Shown: positions 1-9,853, counted from the first letter of the stretch. The stretch is 64,000 nt of DNA from Anaerolineae bacterium (GCA_963675785.1 OY776562.1:960001-1024000), one strand, 5' to 3'. Notes: generated from the sequence alone by a model not told the origin. Translations and numbers: made by a program.

Positions 1-164
1 AAAGTTCAAGCCACGAACAAATCGCTACGACACTTGTACCCTCAGCACCGGATAGTTACGGTAGGTAATAGTTTGTATTTGTAAACTATTGCATTAACTC
101 GAACTAGACGGTATGCTTACCAAGAAGAGAAGGGTATGCGTTTTTCTGGGGGAAAAAGAATCGC

Positions 165-785
165 ATGCAAGAATATACGTGTTCTACGCGTCTGCTCGAT
201 TATGAGAACAGTGCCATCGAGGTGTTGATCGTACAGCAGGGCTGGCGTGAGCTGCCCGTTGGTGAGCGCATTGAGGCTGTACGCCGCTATATCATTGAGA
301 ATGTCGTGTTTACGTTTTGCGGCGGGGGAATTCGCCCGGTTTCGACGGTACTTGTCAGCAGAGGCGGCAACTCGATGGAACGCTGCGCTGCGGCCATGGC
401 GCTGCTCCGGGCTGTGGGGATTTCCTGCCGCTTGCGCGCTTATCTGGTTGATGAAGAGGCTTTGTACCACTTGTTGGGCGATTCCTCGGGCCATCAGGGG
501 CAGAGTGTGCTGCTGGGCGTTACTGAGGCTTTTGGGGAGACAGCCTGGAATCACCTGGAAGGGCTCTCTCTGGATTCCTTGTTGATGGGGAAGCGCGGAT
601 TCGTCAAGCTTGCAGATATCTCCGGTCATGAATTGGGTGTGTTTACTTGCCCAGAGGATGCGTTGGCCAGGTATCGGAAGGCATATTCCTGGGGCCAGCG
701 TATACGCCTCCGGTTACTGCTATCCAGGCTAGAGCGCTCGCTAAAAGTGCTGCGGGAACGTTCTGATCAAGTCGTTTCAGAATAA
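165..785 (+). CDS. Transglutaminase-like domain protein, probably catalytically inactive
   Basis: MALLRAVGISCRL matches the transglutaminase-like core motif; the expected GxC reads GGNS. Confidence 0.65.
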   Translation: MQEYTCSTRLLDYENSAIEVLIVQQGWRELPVGERIEAVRRYIIENVVFTFCGGGIRPVSTVLVSRGGNSMERCAAAMALLRAVGISCRLRAYLVDEEALYHLLGDSSGHQGQSVLLGVTEAFGETAWNHLEGLSLDSLLMGKRGFVKLADISGHELGVFTCPEDALARYRKAYSWGQRIRLRLLLSRLERSLKVLRERSDQVVSE

Positions 786-796
786 CTCAACAAATA

Positions 797-811
797 TACC
801 CCCATAGGGTA
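797..811. promoter_or_regulatory. CsoR/CstR-type operator TACCCCCATAGGGTA upstream of msrB
   Basis: TACCC-N5-GGGTA inverted repeat; near-identical copy upstream of trxB. Confidence 0.65.
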
Positions 812-876
812 CTTGAATTCTCTCTTGCAATGTGCTATACATAATATGTAATTGTATGGTTTTGCAGGAGGTTGAC

Positions 877-1272
877 ATGAAAATCATCAAAGATGAGAGT
901 GAATGGCGTAAGGAACTGTCTGCTCAGGCCTACCATGTGTTGTTCGAAAACGGCACTGAGCCTGCTTTCTATAACGAATATCATGATTTAGAAGCCGATG
1001 GCGAGTACCATTGTCGGGCATGTGGTGAACTGCTGTTCGATTCAAAACAAAAGTATCATTCCGGCACAGGTTGGCCCTCTTTCTATGATGCGGCTGACAA
1101 GGGCGCTATAGAGACCCATCGGGATCATACGTTTGGTATGGCACGTACGGCAGTGCGCTGTTCAACGTGCGGCGGCCACCTGGGGCATCTCTTTAAGGAT
1201 GGCCCCAAGCCTACGGGGAAACGTTATTGCGTGAACTCGGCGGCACTCGAGTTTGTGCCAAGAGAAGATTGA
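877..1272 (+). CDS. msrB: Peptide-methionine (R)-S-oxide reductase
   Basis: GTEPAF, CxxC Zn motifs, SGTGWPSF, GHLGHLFKDGP, RYCVNS; GGAGG RBS before ATG 877. Confidence 0.97.
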   Translation: MKIIKDESEWRKELSAQAYHVLFENGTEPAFYNEYHDLEADGEYHCRACGELLFDSKQKYHSGTGWPSFYDAADKGAIETHRDHTFGMARTAVRCSTCGGHLGHLFKDGPKPTGKRYCVNSAALEFVPRED

Positions 1273-1283
1273 CCGTTAGAGCA

Positions 1284-1315
1284 GCGGGCTCGCACGATTG
1301 TGCGGGCCCGTTTTT
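1284..1315 (+). terminator. Rho-independent terminator after msrB
   Basis: gcgggctcgcac-gatt-gtgcgggcccgt followed by a T run. Confidence 0.8.
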
Positions 1316-1419
1316 GCTATCTGCATTATGAGCAGCAGGGACGTGCCACATTTGGGCTTGACAAGAGGCCCCTGCGCGGTCAAGAATACATCCAGTTCGA
1401 TGGAAAAGAGGGTGATGGA

Positions 1420-1740
1420 ATGGAACGAATCGGTTTCTTGCTCAAGGTCAAAGAAGATATGGTGGACGAATACAAACGGCGCCATGCCGAAGTTTGGCCA
1501 GAGATGCGCGCCGCTTTGAGCGAGACGGGTTGGCATAATTACTCGTTGTTCATGCGTCCCGACGGACTCATTGTGGGCTATTTGGAGACGCCTGATTTTG
1601 CCGCTGCGCAGGAGGGCATGGCTAAACTCGAGGTCAATACGCGCTGGCAAACCCAGATGTCCGAGTTCTTTGAGGCGTTGGACGGGCAAATGCCTGACGA
1701 GGCCATGGTTCCTTTAGAAGAAGTATTCCATCTCGACTAG
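1420..1740 (+). CDS. rhaM: L-rhamnose mutarotase
   Basis: EYKRRHAEVWPEM, GWHNYSLF, RWQTQM, LEEVFHLD; TTGACA at 1358 upstream. Confidence 0.88.
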   Translation: MERIGFLLKVKEDMVDEYKRRHAEVWPEMRAALSETGWHNYSLFMRPDGLIVGYLETPDFAAAQEGMAKLEVNTRWQTQMSEFFEALDGQMPDEAMVPLEEVFHLD

Positions 1741-1760
1741 AGAATCACAGGAGGTGGCTT

Positions 1761-2210
1761 ATGTCTGCCATATCACACGCTGCCAATGCCGCCAGGCTCG
1801 ATCGGCTGATGCTCTATGATTACAAACCGGGGAGTGCGGGCATGCGTGTGTTTATCACAAGTGATGGGCGATGTGCGGTTTCGCTGATAGACGCCGAAGG
1901 AAACGAAGCGCGCTATATGTATCGGCTAGACCATGCCGAGGTACGACGGTTCGAATCGACTCTCGAATCGTGCCAATACTCTGGCGCCACGACAGGCACT
2001 GCTGAACAACATGCCCATGAGCAGACACCCTTTATCGTTGTCTGTTTTGTCTCTGGCGTGTCGCATTTTGTTTTGGGACGCGATGACCCCCAGTCTGCCT
2101 GGCATGTTCTCTGGCGTGGTCTCAATGGTCTGGCGCAGGACCTTGACCCTGATAGCAGGGTGTATTCAGGGCCTTATCAGCCAAATTGGATGCCGGTAGC
2201 CTGCCCGTAG
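1761..2210 (+). CDS. Hypothetical protein
   Basis: 149-aa ORF with GGAGG RBS in an operon-like arrangement; no recognised motif. Confidence 0.65.
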   Translation: MSAISHAANAARLDRLMLYDYKPGSAGMRVFITSDGRCAVSLIDAEGNEARYMYRLDHAEVRRFESTLESCQYSGATTGTAEQHAHEQTPFIVVCFVSGVSHFVLGRDDPQSAWHVLWRGLNGLAQDLDPDSRVYSGPYQPNWMPVACP

Positions 2211-2239
2211 CAGGCAGGGGAGACAACTAGGAGGACACT

Positions 2240-2641
2240 ATGGAACTGAATCTCTGGGCAGTGTTGGTAGCAGCCATCGCGTACGTGGCAGTGGGCGTGT
2301 TCTGGTATTCTAGGGCCTTGTTTGCTGAATCATGGATGAAGCTGGTTGGATTTACAGAGGAAGACACACAGCGTGAGTACACGCCGTGGATGATGGTGGC
2401 GAATACCGTGGTGGCGCTTGTGGGTGCCTTTGTTTTGGCGTTGATCGTCGATTGGATGAATGCCACCAATATCTTGCAGGGCCTTTTTGTGGGTGCACTT
2501 GTTGGTGTGGGCGTTTCGGCAGCAACGCGTTTGCCTGAGTATATGTATGAAGGGCGTCCGTTTCGCCTGTTCCTCATCAACAGCGGCCATGATATAGTTG
2601 GATTCTTGCTCATGGGTGCCATCCTGGGGCTCTGGCAATAG
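2240..2641 (+). CDS. DUF1761-family membrane protein
   Basis: NLWAVLVAAIA, FWYS..LF...W, LFLINSG; four hydrophobic helices. Confidence 0.85.
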   Translation: MELNLWAVLVAAIAYVAVGVFWYSRALFAESWMKLVGFTEEDTQREYTPWMMVANTVVALVGAFVLALIVDWMNATNILQGLFVGALVGVGVSAATRLPEYMYEGRPFRLFLINSGHDIVGFLLMGAILGLWQ

Positions 2642-2676
2642 CGCCTTTCTGCGAGGAGTTGTGGCAATCTCGCTTG

Positions 2677-2719
2677 TTGCAAGTTGTGTGTTCATCTCTT
2701 ATAATGATAAAGATTCTCA
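2677..2719 (+). promoter_or_regulatory. Sigma70 promoter with overlapping Zur/Fur-type box
   Basis: TTGCAA(2677)-N17-TATAAT(2700); TGATAAAGATTCTCA 7-1-7 imperfect palindrome at 2705-2719. Confidence 0.65.
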
Positions 2720-2749
2720 AAAAGAGACTTGTCGATAGGAGAGATTGCC

Positions 2750-3646
2750 ATGAGAAACATTTCTAGATTGGCCCTTGTTTTGGTGATGGCCTTTGTATTG
2801 GTCGCTTGTAATACACCTTCGGCTGAGCAAGATTCGAGCACCCTCAATATTACGGTGAGCATTGTTCCGCAGCAGTATTTTGTGGAAAAGGTTGCTGGGG
2901 ATCGTGCCGTGGTGACGGTGATGGTAGACCCCGGTGCGAGCCCGGCGACCTATGAACCGCGCGCTGAGCAGTTGGTGGCCCTTGCAAATGCCGATGCCTA
3001 CATGACGATTGGCGTCGCCTATGAGGACACGTGGTTGGATCGTATTACGGCGGCCAATGCGGATATGCTGGTCGTCGATACGACTGTGGGCATACAAAAA
3101 CGCACCATGGAGGAACACAGCCACGATGGTGAAGTAGTTCAAGTGAATGCCGAAGGGGAGTTGCTTGATCCTCATATCTGGCTTTCTCCGGAACTCGTCA
3201 AGGTACAAGCAGCTAACATCCGTGATGCCCTGGTAGCGCTCGATCCTGCCGGGCAACAGGCCTATGAGGCCAACTATGAGGTCTTTATTGGCGAGATTGA
3301 GACCTTGCAGCAGCAGATCACTGATTCACTTGCGGGGGTAGAGAACTGCAAGTTCATCGTTTTTCACCCCTCTTGGGGATACTTTGCCGATGAGTTTGGC
3401 TTGGAGATGATCTCCATCGAGGTGGATGGTCAAGAGCCCAGCCCGCAGGAGATGGCTGCGGTCATCGATGAGGCATTGGCTGAAGATATCCGCGTGATCT
3501 TTGCCCAGCCCGAGTTTAGCACACAGTCTGCCAGCGCCATTGCCGAACAGATTGATGGCGAAGTGGTGTTGATCAATCCCTTGGCCTATGATTGGGAAGA
3601 GAACCTAGCCAGTGTTGCTGAGACAATGGCCGGGATCCTCCAATAA
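2750..3646 (+). CDS. znuA: Zn/Mn ABC transporter substrate-binding lipoprotein (ZnuA-like)
   Basis: Lipobox LVAC, SPATYEP, short His loop, DPHIWLSP, FHPSWGYF. Confidence 0.88.
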   Translation: MRNISRLALVLVMAFVLVACNTPSAEQDSSTLNITVSIVPQQYFVEKVAGDRAVVTVMVDPGASPATYEPRAEQLVALANADAYMTIGVAYEDTWLDRITAANADMLVVDTTVGIQKRTMEEHSHDGEVVQVNAEGELLDPHIWLSPELVKVQAANIRDALVALDPAGQQAYEANYEVFIGEIETLQQQITDSLAGVENCKFIVFHPSWGYFADEFGLEMISIEVDGQEPSPQEMAAVIDEALAEDIRVIFAQPEFSTQSASAIAEQIDGEVVLINPLAYDWEENLASVAETMAGILQ

Positions 3647-3672
3647 CGCCTAATCGGATAAGGAATGACTGG

Positions 3673-5406
3673 ATGACACCCCCTTCTTTTGTAGATGGCC
3701 AGGTAAGAAACGTACGGCGATTGCGCCAAGTTCAATCGACGCTGTTTCGTTATGGCTTTGATATTGCTGTGGACTCGAGCGGTGTGTACCGCGTCGGTCA
3801 ACTGTTCCGCCGCAGATCCGTACGCAAGAGTGAGATCGTTCGAAAGCATACGACGGCCGAACGACTTCGCCTGCTCCTTGAAGAATTGGGGCCTACCTAC
3901 ATCAAGCTGGGGCAGATTTTGGCGAGTAGGACGGACATGCTTCCCGCAGATTGGACGCGTGAGTTGGCCAATCTGCGGGATAGTGTAGCCACTTTTCCCG
4001 CAGAGCAGGTTCTTGAGGTTCTACATCGGGAACTGGGAGAGAATGCCACAGCGTTGTTTGCGGATTTTGATCCGGCTGCTCCCGTTGCTGCAGCCTCAAT
4101 AGGCCAGGTGCATGCGGCCAAGGCGGCTGTTGGAAGGCAACCCGTGGTCATCAAGATACAGCGGCCAGATGTGGAAAACCAGGTTTATGCGGATATCGAG
4201 ATCATCCGCGATCTCGCTCGAATCCTCGAAGATCAATTCGCCATCGCTCGTGATAACGGGCTGCTAGAAATCGTTGATGAAGTTGCCCAGGCCTTGAAGG
4301 AAGAACTGGACTATCACATTGAGGCGCGCAACGCGATGCAGCTGGCTGCCAACATGGCGCGATTCCCCGGCATTCATGTACCCCATATCTATCAAAATCT
4401 CAGTACCAGGCGTGTACTCACCATGGAACGCATCAACGGCATCAAGATTACAGATGTGGACGCCCTCGATGCCGCCGGTGTGGATCGCGTCGAGCTGGCG
4501 GAGCGCTTTGTACGGGTCATGTTCCATCAGGTGTTGGCGGATGGCTTTTTCCATGCAGATCCTCATCCGGGTAACTTTTTTGTAGATCCTCAGACAGGCG
4601 TGATCAGTATCATTGATCTGGGTATGATGGGTTACCTTGGCAAGCAGCAGCGCGAAGCCATTGGCAGCATGGTGCTAGCTATTCAGGGCAGAGATGCTGC
4701 GCAGGCGACGCGGATTACACTCAAGATCGGGCTGCCTTACCATGATGTCAATAAGGAGCGATTACAAACCGATATTGATAGGCTCATGCAGCGTTATCTT
4801 TCCCAATCACTGGCAGGGTTTTCCTTTAGTGAGGCAATAACGGACATTATGAGTATTGCCCAAAAGCATGGTTTGAGGATGCCGGCCAGTTTTTCTCTGG
4901 CAGGTAAAGCCGCCAGTCAGGCTGAAGAGATTGCGCGGATACTCAATCCCGATATCGAGATTCAGACTATTGTGCGCAGTGTGGCCGAGACGGTCATAAA
5001 GGATCGACTCAAGCCGCCCGAAGTCGCCCGAGAGCTATTCTCTGACGGCATGGAAGCCGTTCGCCTGGTGCGAGAAATGCCGGTCGTTGCCGAAGATGTT
5101 CTCAAGCAAATGCAAGAAGGGCGTTTGCGTCTGCGGCTCTATATTCCAGGTCTCGATGGGGGGGCTTTGGATTTCCGCATCATCGCCTCTCGTCTGACGG
5201 CGGGGCTGATTGTGGCGGGGATGGCCATCGGTTCGGCGACGGCCATGTCGGCTTCTCCTGCCGATACGCAACCCTTTATCCCCGTGATCGGTACGATAGG
5301 ATTCGTTCTTTCCATGGTTCTAGGCGGCCTTATGGTGGTAATGGTGTTTTGGGATCTATGGCGCGCGAATCGCTTGATGCGTCGTGAAAGGCGAAATCAA
5401 CGATGA
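3673..5406 (+). CDS. AarF/UbiB (ABC1) family atypical kinase
   Basis: LGPTYIKLGQ, AAASIGQVH, VIKIQRP, FHADPHPGN, DLGM; C-terminal TM helices. Confidence 0.93.
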   Translation: MTPPSFVDGQVRNVRRLRQVQSTLFRYGFDIAVDSSGVYRVGQLFRRRSVRKSEIVRKHTTAERLRLLLEELGPTYIKLGQILASRTDMLPADWTRELANLRDSVATFPAEQVLEVLHRELGENATALFADFDPAAPVAAASIGQVHAAKAAVGRQPVVIKIQRPDVENQVYADIEIIRDLARILEDQFAIARDNGLLEIVDEVAQALKEELDYHIEARNAMQLAANMARFPGIHVPHIYQNLSTRRVLTMERINGIKITDVDALDAAGVDRVELAERFVRVMFHQVLADGFFHADPHPGNFFVDPQTGVISIIDLGMMGYLGKQQREAIGSMVLAIQGRDAAQATRITLKIGLPYHDVNKERLQTDIDRLMQRYLSQSLAGFSFSEAITDIMSIAQKHGLRMPASFSLAGKAASQAEEIARILNPDIEIQTIVRSVAETVIKDRLKPPEVARELFSDGMEAVRLVREMPVVAEDVLKQMQEGRLRLRLYIPGLDGGALDFRIIASRLTAGLIVAGMAIGSATAMSASPADTQPFIPVIGTIGFVLSMVLGGLMVVMVFWDLWRANRLMRRERRNQR

Positions 5407-5780
5407 GGCGGTTTATGCAGATCATCGAAGGTATAGTGTGGGCCACAGGCGGCATCTACCTCAACATGGCCGGAGCATTGTGGGTAAGTCGTTTATATTT
5501 ACCAGGCATCATTTTGTCTATGGGGGGATTGTTGATGATGACGTTGGCCCTATCCGCTGGTCATCGGGATGAGGATGGCGTTTTGGGCACCTCTCGGGAC
5601 GGCCAGACCTTTTGGGCGCTACGACTGGCAGGGATCTCCTCGTTGATCATGGGCGCGGCCGGATTTGGTGTGCTGTTCGATTTTGCCGTTGCTGCGCAAA
5701 TGGATGTGGCCCTTCTTGCTCTCGGAGGGGTAGGGTTGTTGGTGAGCGGCTATTTGCTGATACGGCTGTTCCGGCGTTAA
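5403..5780 (+). CDS. Hypothetical 4-TM membrane protein
   Basis: ATGA overlap with the UbiB gene; hydrophobic segments. Confidence 0.7.
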   Translation: MRRFMQIIEGIVWATGGIYLNMAGALWVSRLYLPGIILSMGGLLMMTLALSAGHRDEDGVLGTSRDGQTFWALRLAGISSLIMGAAGFGVLFDFAVAAQMDVALLALGGVGLLVSGYLLIRLFRR

Positions 5781-5788
5781 TCAGCTAG

Positions 5789-5823
5789 AAAAGAGCCCGG
5801 ATGTGAATGTCCGGGCTCTTTTT
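5789..5823 (+). terminator. Rho-independent terminator
   Basis: aaaagagcccgga...tccgggctcttttt. Confidence 0.85.
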
Positions 5824-5827
5824 GCGT

Positions 5828-5876
5828 TTGACAGAAACCAAGTATTACCTATAGTTGTTGTTGCAAGGCCTTGCAA
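5828..5876 (+). promoter_or_regulatory. Sigma70 promoter plus perfect palindrome TTGCAAGGCCTTGCAA
   Basis: TTGACA(5828)-N16-TATAGT(5850); palindrome 5861-5876 lies between promoter and RBS. Confidence 0.7.
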
Positions 5877-5894
5877 TAAGCGAAAGGAACTACT

Positions 5895-6338
5895 ATGTGT
5901 TGTGAGCAAAAGTTTCGTGACATGCTAAAGGAACGAGGACTGCGGCTTACACCCCAGCGCGATATGGTGCTTTGGGCCATGCACCAGCTTTCTGGCCATG
6001 CCACCGTGGAAGAGATTTATGCACTAGTCAGCTCCAAGAGTGCTGCTGTGGACGCTTCGACAGTGTATCGCAGTCTTGAGCTTTTGACAGAGTTCGGTCT
6101 TGTTTCGGTGATCGACTTGGGCGACGGCCAACATCGTTATGAGCTTCTTTCTATTCATGGTGAGCATCATCATTTTTACTGCACAGTTTGCGGCAAGCTA
6201 GAGCGCATTGAGGATTCTGAGTTGCTACCAGCACTGGGCCAGTTTGAAAGGCGTTTTGGCTATGGCATCGAGTTGGAACATGTGATCAAAGGCGTATGTG
6301 ATGTCTGCCGCGCCCAAGGAATTGAGGAGATTGCTTAG
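5895..6338 (+). CDS. Fur-family metalloregulator
   Basis: GLRLTPQR, STVYRSL, HGEHHHFYCTVCG, GVCDVC. Confidence 0.93.
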   Translation: MCCEQKFRDMLKERGLRLTPQRDMVLWAMHQLSGHATVEEIYALVSSKSAAVDASTVYRSLELLTEFGLVSVIDLGDGQHRYELLSIHGEHHHFYCTVCGKLERIEDSELLPALGQFERRFGYGIELEHVIKGVCDVCRAQGIEEIA

Positions 6339-6340
6339 TT

Positions 6341-7948
6341 ATGCGACGTGTGGGTCTTGTCTTGTTACTTGTTAGTACACTCTTGTTAGCGGGCTGTTCT
6401 GCCACTGCAACACCGATATCTGAACCGGCGCCGACAGAAACGACAACGTCGGGCAATGCAGAGGTTCTAGCTACAGCAACGTCTGACTCTGAGGAACAAC
6501 AGACGGCAGAACCTGTAATATTGTATTATCCCGGCAGCGATTGGGGATATCCCTCTCCCTTTGGTGCTTATCTACGTGGACCGGGCTACACCCAGATGTC
6601 GTTTCTTTTTGATACGCTTGTGTGGCGAAACGAAACCGAGGAAATCGGATTGATTGCCACTAAGTGGTCTTCTAGCGAAGATGGGCTCGAATGGACCTTT
6701 GTCATTCGGCCGGATGTCAGTTTTCATGATGGCGAAGCATTGACGATCGAGGATGTTGTCTTTAGCTATACTTTTATTGCTGAGCATTCTACCGAGTTTG
6801 GCTGGAGCGTGGATCTCGCCAATATTGCCTCGGTTGAGGCTGTTTCAGAGGATACGGTCAAGTTTGTGCTGACCAACCCCTCCCCCGATTTCGATGTGGT
6901 TACCGCTGGTGTCGTGCCTATCATTCCCGAGCATGTATGGTCTGCTGTCGATAATCCTGAGGAATACCGTGAGGATGATGCACTGATTGGTTCGGGCCCC
7001 TATACGCTGGAGAGCTATTCGGCTGAAGAGGGCAGCTATGTCTATGTGGCCAATGAGAGCTATTTTTGGGGGAGCCCTGTCGTAGATCGTTTGATCTTTA
7101 CACCCGTTCAGGATTCAGCGTTGGCGCTCGAAACCGGTACTGTTGATGCGGCTTCGTTCAGCGGCAAAGAGGTCTCTGCGGTGAACGAGTTGCTCCAGGA
7201 TACGGATCGTTCGGTCATCGAGGGGATGGACTATTGGGTCTTGCAGATTGTCTTTAATACACAGAGCGGGGTCTTTGCAGACTTAGCGGCCCGCCAAACT
7301 GCTGCTATCAGTGTTGACCGCCAGTCCCTGGTCGATCAGGTGGCACCGGATGGGGCTGTTGTGGCCAACACTGGCATCATCGCTCCCAACTGCGGCTGGT
7401 ATGCCGAATCTGAGAATGTACCCGAGTACGATCCTGACGCCGCAGCGGCTGCTGTACAGGAATTGGGCTTGGATGATCAGGAGGTTTTGCTGATTACCAC
7501 CAGCACTTATGCGCGCGAGGCCGAGCTGATTAAGGCTGATTTGGAAACCGCAGGTTTTGCTGTGACGCTACAGACTGGTGATACCGCTACTGTGGATACA
7601 CTGCTTTCAGAAGGTTCGTTTGATCTGGCTATAAACGGCCATGGCGGCAATGCCCGTACCACCACACTGCGTGTGCCCGACTGGCCGGCGGGGATCTATG
7701 AATCTGCGGCCTATGACGAGCTTTACGCAAAACAAGCCTCAGAGCTGGATGCCGAGCTTCGTGCACAGTATGTAGCCGAGCTTCAGCAGATGGTGACAGA
7801 TGACCTGCCTGTGCTCACCCTGTACCATCCGCGTATGTGGTGCATCTATGATGCCACCGTTTTTGACGGCTGGTTCTTTACTGAAGATGGTTACTCTATG
7901 GGCATTCCCATGGTCCTAAACAAGATGATCTTTATCGAGCAAGAGTAG
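6341..7948 (+). CDS. Opp/Dpp/Nik-family ABC substrate-binding lipoprotein
   Basis: Lipobox LAGC, DWGYPSPF, FHDGEALTIEDVVFS, IGSGPY. Confidence 0.9.
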   Translation: MRRVGLVLLLVSTLLLAGCSATATPISEPAPTETTTSGNAEVLATATSDSEEQQTAEPVILYYPGSDWGYPSPFGAYLRGPGYTQMSFLFDTLVWRNETEEIGLIATKWSSSEDGLEWTFVIRPDVSFHDGEALTIEDVVFSYTFIAEHSTEFGWSVDLANIASVEAVSEDTVKFVLTNPSPDFDVVTAGVVPIIPEHVWSAVDNPEEYREDDALIGSGPYTLESYSAEEGSYVYVANESYFWGSPVVDRLIFTPVQDSALALETGTVDAASFSGKEVSAVNELLQDTDRSVIEGMDYWVLQIVFNTQSGVFADLAARQTAAISVDRQSLVDQVAPDGAVVANTGIIAPNCGWYAESENVPEYDPDAAAAAVQELGLDDQEVLLITTSTYAREAELIKADLETAGFAVTLQTGDTATVDTLLSEGSFDLAINGHGGNARTTTLRVPDWPAGIYESAAYDELYAKQASELDAELRAQYVAELQQMVTDDLPVLTLYHPRMWCIYDATVFDGWFFTEDGYSMGIPMVLNKMIFIEQE

Positions 7949-7950
7949 CA

Positions 7951-8919
7951 ATGCGCGTTGTGCAGTACATCATCACGGTGGTCATTATCCTTTGCCTGAA
8001 CTTTTTTCTGCCGCGGTTGATGCCTGGTGATCCCATATCAACTATTCTCAACGAAGCAGGGGCAGATTCGGGGTTGATGCTGACCGAAGAAGCTCGTGCC
8101 GAGCTTCTTGCCCATTACGGGCTGGATTTACCGCTCGATCAACAGCTGCTCCAGTACGTGGAGCAGCTGTTGCATGGCGATTTGGGCTGGTCGATACGGT
8201 ATCGTGCGCCTGTCGCTGATCTATTGGCTAGCCGAGTTCTGTGGACAGTGGGGTTGGTGATGAGCGCCACGCTCATTGCTGCGCTGTTGGGCACGCTTTT
8301 GGGGGTCACGACGGCCACGCACCACGGACGATGGCAGGATTCCACAACAATATCATGCGTAATGGCTCTAGGCTCCTGGCCTAGCTTTGTCGTGGGAGTT
8401 TTGCTTATTCTGGTGTTTGCGGTTTGGCTGGGATGGCTGCCAATCGGGGGCGGGAGCACTTCTGGCGCCTACTATGAGACTGATTTTCAGGCAGCAGGTG
8501 ACATAATCAAGCATGGTCTGTTGCCCTGTCTTTCCCTGATTATCGTTTCTTTGCCTGGCTTTTTCATGGTTGCGCGTACTGCCGCTTTGCGTGCCTTGCA
8601 AGGGGAGTACATTCAAGTTGCAAGGGCCAAAGGACTTGCGGAGCGCCGTATCGTTTGGCGCCACATTTTCCCCAATGCACTGCTGCCAGTGGTTACGGCC
8701 TTGGCTATGCGGCTTGGCTATGCACTTACGGGTGCCATGGCGGTCGAGGTGGTCTTTCAATATCCGGGGATGGGCACGTTGATTTATGAAGCCGCCCATG
8801 CCAGAGACTATGCCCTTCTCCAAGGCACGTTTTTGCTCATTATGCTGACTGTGCTCACCTTTAACTTGTTGGCCGAGATGCTTTATCATCGTTTGGATCC
8901 CCGGTTGCGGCGCTCATGA
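7951..8919 (+). CDS. Opp/Nik ABC permease (OppB-like)
   Basis: LPRLMPGDP, GDLGWS, EAA motif ARAKGL, FQYPGMG. Confidence 0.92.
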   Translation: MRVVQYIITVVIILCLNFFLPRLMPGDPISTILNEAGADSGLMLTEEARAELLAHYGLDLPLDQQLLQYVEQLLHGDLGWSIRYRAPVADLLASRVLWTVGLVMSATLIAALLGTLLGVTTATHHGRWQDSTTISCVMALGSWPSFVVGVLLILVFAVWLGWLPIGGGSTSGAYYETDFQAAGDIIKHGLLPCLSLIIVSLPGFFMVARTAALRALQGEYIQVARAKGLAERRIVWRHIFPNALLPVVTALAMRLGYALTGAMAVEVVFQYPGMGTLIYEAAHARDYALLQGTFLLIMLTVLTFNLLAEMLYHRLDPRLRRS

Positions 8920-9731
8920 AAGAGCATACATGGCCTTCTCGCATTGCTTTGGCAGTGCTCGTTATCATAGTTCTGTTCTCACTTGTAGGCCCCTTGTTTC
9001 TCCCTTGGGCGCCTGACGAGCTTGATACACCCTTGTTGGGTCCTACGTCAGATCATCCGCTGGGTACTGATGACGTTGGCGCCGATGTATTGGTGACTTT
9101 GATGACCAGTGCAAGGTTGTCACTGCTCATTGCTGGCGCTTCTTCAATTCTTGGTACATCGCTTGGTACGCTGCTTGGTGTGATTTCGGGCTACTGGCGG
9201 GGTATGGGCATGGTGATCATGCGATTGGTGGACATCTTTATGGCATTGCCGCGTCTGCCGCTCATCATCATGCTTTCGGCTTTTGTACAGCCTGGGGTTG
9301 GTACGCTCGTTGTGTTCTTTGTGCTTTTTGGCTGGCCACAAACAGCGCGGCTGGTGCGTTCGATGACGCTTTCTGAGCGGGAGGCTGGCTATATCGAGTC
9401 AGCCCGTGTGGTGGGGGCGAGGGATAGCCGCATTTTGTTCAGGCATTTGCTGCCGCAGGTTGTGCCGCTGGCTACTACACGTTTTGTGCTCGAGTTTCAA
9501 CACGTCATGATTGCAGAATCGAGCTTGAGTTTCTTGGGGTTGAGCGATCCATCGGTAGCAACTTGGGGACGGATGATTCACTATGCCTTTGAGTGTCCGT
9601 CACTCTACATTTCGGATGTTTGGTGGCGGTGGTTGCTGCCTCCGGCAGCGGCTATTATGCTTGTCGCGCTTTCGCTCAGCCTGTTAAATATGCAGGTTGA
9701 GCGACGATTTCAGCCCTGGTTACAGCGTTGA
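8916..9731 (+). CDS. Opp/Nik ABC permease (OppC-like)
   Basis: HPLGTDDVG, YIESARVVGA, ESSLSFLGL. Confidence 0.92.
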   Translation: MKEHTWPSRIALAVLVIIVLFSLVGPLFLPWAPDELDTPLLGPTSDHPLGTDDVGADVLVTLMTSARLSLLIAGASSILGTSLGTLLGVISGYWRGMGMVIMRLVDIFMALPRLPLIIMLSAFVQPGVGTLVVFFVLFGWPQTARLVRSMTLSEREAGYIESARVVGARDSRILFRHLLPQVVPLATTRFVLEFQHVMIAESSLSFLGLSDPSVATWGRMIHYAFECPSLYISDVWWRWLLPPAAAIMLVALSLSLLNMQVERRFQPWLQR

Positions 9732-9800
9732 GGCCACCTGACGGAATGCCCAGAGCTTTTGGGCGATAGGGTTGCTGGTTCGGCTGTTCCAGTATTACTC

Positions 9801-9838
9801 AACAAGAAAAGGGCCAACCTCGTTAGAGGCTGGCCCTT
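9801..9838 (-). terminator. Terminator, duplicate of 33439-33472
   Basis: aagggccaacctc-gtta-gaggctggccctt with an A-rich left flank. Confidence 0.8.
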
Positions 9839-9853
9839 GCAACGAGGAGAGGA

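Noticed and set aside
67-90. AATAGTTT-N8-AAACTATT inverted repeat
   Set aside because: Single AT-rich site at the window edge without context or a second copy
877-1272. Selenocysteine form of MsrB
   Set aside because: Catalytic residue is an ordinary Cys codon; no in-frame TGA
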